Virus record (IMG/VR): IMGVR_UViG_3300036859_000689
Location: 4,024-68,023 of that record
DNA from: a virus
DNA: 64,000 nucleotides
Reading direction: 5' to 3' (one strand)
Positions 58,284 through 64,000 of the stretch are shown here, piece after piece. The notes below the pieces were generated by a model, which saw nothing but the letters and a program-made list of their open reading frames with translations, was not told where the DNA came from and made no database searches. The first letter of the stretch is position 1, and every line of letters begins with the position of its first letter. The translations under genes were made by a program, and so were the position numbers.

Positions 58284-58990
58284 GTATGAACCCAAAAATC
58301 TATATCGCCGTCCCGTGTCACAACCGGAAGGCTATCGTGAGGCAATGCCTGCCGACGATCCGCGCCGGCATGCAAGAGGGCGATTTGATGGTCGCCTACG
58401 ACGACGGCTCGAAAGAGTACGGCCCGACCTTCCTCGAGCAGTGGGCCGACGTCGCGGTCCGGGAGCCGAATCCGATCGGCATCGAACGGCAGCGCGCGAA
58501 TCACTTCCGCGCCTTTTGGGCATCCGACTTCGATTATCTGTACCTGACGGATTCGGATGCACTGCATTCGATCAACTGGCGTGTGCAGGCGGAACGGCTC
58601 GTGAACGAATGCTCGCCGGCGCCGGTCTGCCTCTACAACACGGCCGCGCACGTGCGCCTCGTGAACAACACGATTCTCGACGATCCCGCGAGCGATGTCA
58701 TCTGGCGCCGGGTCGCGCCGGGAATAAGCTACATGCTGGACCGAAACCACGCTCGCCAAATCGTCGCCGCGTTGCCGCAGATGCCGGCACATTGGAATTG
58801 GGATTGGACGGTGCCGGCAATCTTGGGGCATCGATTCGCCGTCAGCCGCGTCAGTTTCGTCGACCATCTGGGTCTCGGCGGCATGCACCATCCGCCGACG
58901 GAAGGACTCGACGGCGGCGACCGCGCGCTCAACCCGGCGCCGGACCTGATCGAACTACGGGCCAAGGCGGTCAAAGCACTCACGCGATGA
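58280..58990 (+). CDS. GT2 glycosyltransferase
   Basis: IAVPCHNR, YDDGS, LTDSD, WDW, VDHLG. Confidence 0.85.
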   Translation: MSMNPKIYIAVPCHNRKAIVRQCLPTIRAGMQEGDLMVAYDDGSKEYGPTFLEQWADVAVREPNPIGIERQRANHFRAFWASDFDYLYLTDSDALHSINWRVQAERLVNECSPAPVCLYNTAAHVRLVNNTILDDPASDVIWRRVAPGISYMLDRNHARQIVAALPQMPAHWNWDWTVPAILGHRFAVSRVSFVDHLGLGGMHHPPTEGLDGGDRALNPAPDLIELRAKAVKALTR

Positions 58991-59214
58991 TGTCTTGCTG
59001 GAATTGCGCAGATTCGACGTTGTCCGTTGAGGCAATTTCGGAAGGCCGCGCCCCGGCCGATCCTCTACTGGCAGGACAAAGATGGAACGGATTTCTCGTC
59101 GTCGCCGCATCACATCCGGATCCGATTCAATGGGGAGCTAAGTTCGCGGAGAAAAGAGTCGTCGTCCTTGGATTCACCGAAACCGCCCGGCATTGGGCCA
59201 TCCTCGAAAAATGA
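58987..59214 (+). CDS. Hypothetical protein
   Basis: ATGA overlaps on both sides. Confidence 0.45.
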   Translation: MMSCWNCADSTLSVEAISEGRAPADPLLAGQRWNGFLVVAASHPDPIQWGAKFAEKRVVVLGFTETARHWAILEK

Positions 59215-59624
59215 GCTCCGTATTCGTCAGCACCGAAAAGAAGCTCCTCCATTTCGAATGGATCTTCGCGCAACTGAAACAGAGTTATTGGGGCAGTAAT
59301 CTCGACCCGATGCGCCTCGCGGACGCGATCGCCCACAGCGAATGCTTTGGTCTCTACATGGCCGACGGCACCGGTCGGTTCCAAATCGGATTCGCGCGAG
59401 TCGTGACCGATTGGTCGACGTTCAGCAGCCTGATGGACGTCATCATCGACCCAAAGTACCGCGGCAAAGGCTACGGCACAATTCTGATGAAGGAGGTTCT
59501 CGGCAGCGAAGCCGTGGCGCCGACCCGAAATGTTATCTCGAGTCGCGAGGCCGTTGAATTCTATCAGAAATTCGGCTACAAGGTTCTCGATGACAAAGTC
59601 CTGACCTTGAATCCATGCCGATAA
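59211..59624 (+). CDS. GNAT acetyltransferase
   Basis: QIGFARVVTD, DVIIDPKYRGKGYG, FYQKFGY. Confidence 0.9.
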   Translation: MSSVFVSTEKKLLHFEWIFAQLKQSYWGSNLDPMRLADAIAHSECFGLYMADGTGRFQIGFARVVTDWSTFSSLMDVIIDPKYRGKGYGTILMKEVLGSEAVAPTRNVISSREAVEFYQKFGYKVLDDKVLTLNPCR

Positions 59625-61465
59625 CGAAGAGCCCACAGGACCAACTACTCGAGAGAGCCATCCGAAACGATTCGGGGGCATGGTTCGCCAACCACGCGAA
59701 GATTTGGCCGAAGGACCGCAGCAAGGGACTGATTCGGCCGCGCTCGAACTACCTCCAGAAACAAATTCAGCGCGTCGTCCGGCAGATGAAGGACGACGAA
59801 CTGCCGGTTCGCATCGCCGGTTTGAAGCCTCGGCAAAAAGGTTCGACGACCTATTTCGCATGCGTCGATTACACGGAGCTTCGCCGCGATTCGATGGCCG
59901 CGTGTGTGATCGGAGGCCAGTATTCGCAGACCAAGGAGCTTTGGGAAATGCTCCAAACCTACGAGACAAACGACAGTTTCGATTGGGGAAACAGCGGCCA
60001 AATCAACGCCAAGGAAGGGAAATGGACGCACGGTTCAAAGCTAAAACCCGAGACCGCCGGCGACGTGCTGGCTGGTATTTCTGGCACCTACCAGATTCTC
60101 CACGCGACCGAAGTCGCGCGTTGGGCAAAGTACGGAATAGCCAACGCGGCCGAAGTGCTCGCGAACATTTTGAAGTGCGTCCCCAACTTGCCGGGAACGA
60201 TCGTCATCCTGGAAAGCACCGCGGAGGGCGCGACGGGCGATTTCTATACGCGCTACTGCGACGCCGTCGACGCCGAGGATTATCTCGCCGGGACCGTGAC
60301 GTTGATGCCCGGCCAGTTCGTCCGCGTTTTCGCGCCGTGGTTTGAATTCGAAGATTCCGCGACGCGCCTGAATCCGGAGCAGAAACGGCACATCGAACGC
60401 ACCCTCGATGCCGAGGAAGAATTCTTTGGGGAGAAGCAACTCATCGCGCTCTACGGGAATGGCGAGCAGGGCGCGCGCCGACTCGGCGGCAGCGTCGAAG
60501 GGTATGACATCTGGGAACAGTTGGCCTGGCGCCGGTGGGCCATCCGACATGAGTGCAAACGCGATCGCCTGATCTTCGATCGCGACTATCCGCACTCGTG
60601 GCAGGACGCTTTCCAGAAATCCGGCAACGTCCGGTTCAACTCGACCGGGCTCGCGATCATGCAGAAACGCGTTTCGAACCGCGTTCCGCATTACGGCGTT
60701 CTCGAGATGTCCAAGGACGGCATCGTCAGTTTCCGACCGACCGAAATCGGAGAGGCGAAAGTCATCATCTTCGAAATGCCGATCGTCGGGAAACGTTATC
60801 TCGAGGTGTGCGACCCGATGACCGGCGCGACCCAAGTAGGCGGCAAGGATCCGGACTACCACGGGGTTTTCGCGATGCGTCCCGGCAGTCTCGACAACTT
60901 CGGAAACTGGGAGAGGCCGGCGACCGTCGCACGTATCATCAGATGCAGATGGGACATTGATGTCCTCGAGTTGGAGATGTGGAAGCTGGCGAAATTCTAC
61001 GGCGGGACGAGCGGCTGTAAGATCGCGATCGAAATGGAAATGGACCGCGGCCTGACGGAGCTGCTGAAAATCCGGGGCGCCGACCTTTACCAGCGTGAGC
61101 TCTTCAACCAGCGCGAAATGAAGACGACGAAGGCCTACGGCTGGATGACGACCACTCAGACCCGCGAAGTCATCGTCGAAAAGCTCGCCACCGCCATCCG
61201 CGAATGGGACACGACGGGATCCGGCATCGACATCTTTTGCCCGCTCGCGCTCGAGCAGTTCGGGAATTTCGTGACCAAGGAGTCCGGCAAGAGCGAAGCC
61301 GCCGAGGGACACCACGACGACGACGTGATGGCGATCGCGATTGGTCACCAGCTCCTTTCTCACGCGACGCTCTACAATCCGCCCCACCTTTACGGGCGTT
61401 TACCACCGGATTTGAGGACCGATTCGGACGGCGGAAGGCAAAATCCAAACAACCAGTACGGCTGA
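59615..61465 (+). CDS. terL: Terminase large subunit
   Basis: LKPRQKGSTT, LHATEVA, ILESTAEG, DYP..WQDAF, CDPMTG, HHDDDVMA. Confidence 0.9.
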   Translation: MPITKSPQDQLLERAIRNDSGAWFANHAKIWPKDRSKGLIRPRSNYLQKQIQRVVRQMKDDELPVRIAGLKPRQKGSTTYFACVDYTELRRDSMAACVIGGQYSQTKELWEMLQTYETNDSFDWGNSGQINAKEGKWTHGSKLKPETAGDVLAGISGTYQILHATEVARWAKYGIANAAEVLANILKCVPNLPGTIVILESTAEGATGDFYTRYCDAVDAEDYLAGTVTLMPGQFVRVFAPWFEFEDSATRLNPEQKRHIERTLDAEEEFFGEKQLIALYGNGEQGARRLGGSVEGYDIWEQLAWRRWAIRHECKRDRLIFDRDYPHSWQDAFQKSGNVRFNSTGLAIMQKRVSNRVPHYGVLEMSKDGIVSFRPTEIGEAKVIIFEMPIVGKRYLEVCDPMTGATQVGGKDPDYHGVFAMRPGSLDNFGNWERPATVARIIRCRWDIDVLELEMWKLAKFYGGTSGCKIAIEMEMDRGLTELLKIRGADLYQRELFNQREMKTTKAYGWMTTTQTREVIVEKLATAIREWDTTGSGIDIFCPLALEQFGNFVTKESGKSEAAEGHHDDDVMAIAIGHQLLSHATLYNPPHLYGRLPPDLRTDSDGGRQNPNNQYG

Positions 61466-61524
61466 GAACGAGTCGCTATTGGTTTGACAGGGTAAACGGC
61501 AGCGTTGGCATCGGTAAATCCCCT

Positions 61525-62160
61525 ATGGACGGCGAACCAATTCCTACCGATGTCCAGGCAGGCCCGAGTCCGGGCATGTTGCTAAAGGCAAAACTGGCAC
61601 CGCATCTGTTGCACGATACCGATTGGGACAACCTCGCGAGCCAAGTTCAACCCAAGCGTTTGTTTGACGGCAGTGGGTCGCAGAATACCGCAATGGGCCC
61701 GACGACGCCGATGCGTCCTGCGGTCAGCACAACCGATGCGCCGGTTTCTCCGGAGTTCCAGCAGCCGACGTCACCCGGCCAACAGCGTTCGATCATGGCG
61801 GAGCGTTCAGCTCGTCTGGATCCGAACATGACGCGGCAGCCGGCGTTCAATCCGACGAACGCGAACGGAACCGCGAAGATTACCCGCAACGGCGTGGGCG
61901 TTGGAGCGGGCGGTGCGGCGCCGACCCCGACGCCAGCAGCCCCGCGGCGCGAAGCAACGAATCCTTTGACGGGCGATCAGGGTGCGGCGAACCGCAACCG
62001 TTCCGGCCCGGTTTCCGGCGGTGTATTGGGCGGCGGTCCGTCGTTCACGAATCCGACCTCGAAGGGGATCTACGACAGTCACGTCCGGACGCTCTTCTCT
62101 CAGCCGCCGGTTCCTCCCCGCGCGACCCCGCTTCGCCGGGCCGGCGCTCCGGCTCTGTGA
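61525..62160 (+). CDS. Pro/Gly-rich putative internal virion protein
   Basis: TTGACA at 61484; ATG 61525; low complexity. Confidence 0.55.
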   Translation: MDGEPIPTDVQAGPSPGMLLKAKLAPHLLHDTDWDNLASQVQPKRLFDGSGSQNTAMGPTTPMRPAVSTTDAPVSPEFQQPTSPGQQRSIMAERSARLDPNMTRQPAFNPTNANGTAKITRNGVGVGAGGAAPTPTPAAPRREATNPLTGDQGAANRNRSGPVSGGVLGGGPSFTNPTSKGIYDSHVRTLFSQPPVPPRATPLRRAGAPAL

Positions 62161-62164
62161 TTCG

Positions 62165-64000
62165 ATGCTCGATGACGACGAAGATCCCGACTTAGTCGAC
62201 ACCCCTGAAATAGACGCCGGGCGTGCTCTTGGCGTCAGCGGTCGAGGAACCCTCACGCCGCGCGGACAGGACGTATCGAAGAACACCGGCATCCTTCGGG
62301 CGATCGACCCGATGAAGCCGATATCGGCCGTTCAACCGGTCCCGGTTATCCGCGCCGGGAACCGCGAAGTTCTCGACCCCAGCAGCATCGCGACGACGGG
62401 ACGAATGCGCAGCACTGCGCCGGGCGACTACGACAACGCCGCGGCGCGTGAACGCTGGAAAGCTCGCCGGCCGTTCACCTCCGAACGGGAAATGCCGGCG
62501 TGGTTGAATCCGGAAAACGATCAGTTGACCGACCGCCAGCTCTCCGAACAGCGGCACGCCGAAGTTGAGGGACGCCGGCAAGCCGCGGCGGCAGCGAAAC
62601 AACAGCGCGACGCGCAGAAGCTCGCGATCGACACGGAGAACTCCTCTCTCGAGGCAGATTTTCGAGGATCCGGTAAGCAGTTTTATACGGACCCGCTGAC
62701 GAAGAAGCTGACTCCGATCATCGACAGCGCGACCGGCCGAGAACTCTACCACGCGACCGACTGGACGAAGGGCACGCGTCCGGATGGAAAGACTCCGGCG
62801 ATGGTGAAACGGAATAAATTCGGGGAAACGGAGTATAAATCCCCCCCGATCGTGCATAATCCGGACCTGACGGACGATCAGCTCTACTACGACATGGGGG
62901 ACGAGCAGATCCCGGTCGGGAAGATTGACGACCTCATCAATCACGCGGATTTCTCGATCGCCAAGCAGGCCCGGACCGCCCGCCGACTCCGGACAACGGC
63001 GATGTGGAAAGAGGCCTCGGCCGGCGCGCAGGAGGATGCCGACATGGCGACCGCGGCGCTCAAAACCGCGCAGGAGCAGGAACTCGGCATGCAGGGCGAG
63101 ATGGAGACTCTTTCGGCGCAGTTGAATTCGTTGGAGACGAATCCGGCGCTCAAGGCGACGCAGGGCGGATTCCTTGGCATCGGCGCACATCCGGCGCCCG
63201 CGGCGCTGCCGTTGCTCGCGATGAAGCAGCAGCTTCAAACCCGGATGGACGCTCTTGGCGCCCAACAGGCGGAACTCGCCAACCAGATTTCACCGCGCGG
63301 TCCGCTGGCGCGCGACGCGAAGATGAAAACCCTGAGCGTCGGCATCATGCGCGCGAAGGCGAAGCACGTCGAATACAGCCAGCTCGCGGACGACCGCCGC
63401 GCGATTCTAAAGCAGCAGGGAATCCCGGAAGCACAGGACGAAAACCTGCAGTCGATTCTTCGCGCACAGGCGGTTTACGGCGGCGAAGCACAAAAGCAGA
63501 CCGGCAATTTTCAGCGCGAGTTTCGTGGCGAGTCGGCCACGGTCGCGCGCCCGGCTGGAGAAACGATGGATAACGTTCAGGTCCCGGCGCAAGGAGCGGC
63601 GGAGCCGACTCCCGAGCCCTTTCTCGCGAAGGACCGCGGGAGCAAAGCCATCGGCAGCGTCGGCATCGACGAATTCGCGCGCAGGTACGGCGACGGCCGC
63701 GGCCCGGTAAAACCGGATGACCTCCTCAAGCTCTATCGTCGCAGCAAAGACATCGAACAAACGCTTGCGAACGAGAACACGGACGTCGACCTCAAGCTCC
63801 GCGACCAATTCGCGAAGGAGAAGGATTACATCGACAAGATTGCAAGCCAGCGTCTCGCGAAACTTCCCGCCGATCAGCAAAAGCGCATCGCAGAGGTGAC
63901 CCGAGATCCGACTTGGTGGGATGCCATCAAGGGCGCCGGAAAATCTGTCGCGGAGGCAGCCGCGGCCGGCGGCGGTGCCATCTTGAAAGGCATCGCGCAG
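62165..64000 (+). CDS. N-terminal part of a very large virion/ejection protein (3' truncated; not in ORF track)
   Basis: ATG 62165, 612 codons open to window end: MLDDDEDPDLV...DPTWWDAIKGAGKSVAEAAAAGGGAILKGIAQ. Confidence 0.75.
   Translation, partial: MLDDDEDPDLVDTPEIDAGRALGVSGRGTLTPRGQDVSKNTGILRAIDPMKPISAVQPVPVIRAGNREVLDPSSIATTGRMRSTAPGDYDNAAARERWKARRPFTSEREMPAWLNPENDQLTDRQLSEQRHAEVEGRRQAAAAAKQQRDAQKLAIDTENSSLEADFRGSGKQFYTDPLTKKLTPIIDSATGRELYHATDWTKGTRPDGKTPAMVKRNKFGETEYKSPPIVHNPDLTDDQLYYDMGDEQIPVGKIDDLINHADFSIAKQARTARRLRTTAMWKEASAGAQEDADMATAALKTAQEQELGMQGEMETLSAQLNSLETNPALKATQGGFLGIGAHPAPAALPLLAMKQQLQTRMDALGAQQAELANQISPRGPLARDAKMKTLSVGIMRAKAKHVEYSQLADDRRAILKQQGIPEAQDENLQSILRAQAVYGGEAQKQTGNFQREFRGESATVARPAGETMDNVQVPAQGAAEPTPEPFLAKDRGSKAIGSVGIDEFARRYGDGRGPVKPDDLLKLYRRSKDIEQTLANENTDVDLKLRDQFAKEKDYIDKIASQRLAKLPADQQKRIAEVTRDPTWWDAIKGAGKSVAEAAAAGGGAILKGIAQ

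Noticed and set aside
63990-64000. In-frame join of window end to window start as proof of a 64,000-bp circle
   Set aside because: One-in-three chance, the window size is arbitrary, and no terminal repeat is visible

Overview
The window is most of a GC-rich tailed dsDNA phage genome with podovirus-like morphogenesis genes: portal, scaffold, N4-like major capsid, adaptors, terminase large subunit, and very large ejection-type proteins cut by both window edges. No tape measure gene, integrase, DNA polymerase, primase or endolysin was recognised. A PEP-CTERM gene, a bacterial-type DnaB N-domain and SD-less leaders suggest a Verrucomicrobiota (Opitutales-like) host; this is inference. Layout: virion genes 1-21.7 kb, including an inverted tail/glycosyltransferase block and a tRNA-CAT; recombination and replication 21.8-33.3 kb; a leftward early/accessory arm 33.3-42.1 kb; a non-coding hub 42.8-43.5 kb; a rightward arm of small genes, a methylase and a HerA ATPase; a glyco-modification cluster 54-59.6 kb; then terL. 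Most notable: (1) seven glycosyltransferase-like genes plus FkbM methyltransferase and GNAT acetylase, one translationally coupled to a mucin-like Ser/Thr virion protein (candidate virion glycosylation system); (2) a dif-like XerCD site with two IHF-like repeats; (3) a phage PEP-CTERM/protease/GT cassette; (4) a DnaB-N/RepA chimeric helicase sharing a winged-helix domain with a protein next to a candidate origin; (5) a C5 methylase with an overlapping beta-subunit frame; (6) a candidate structured ncRNA. All annotations are by-eye motif recognition; no searches were run.
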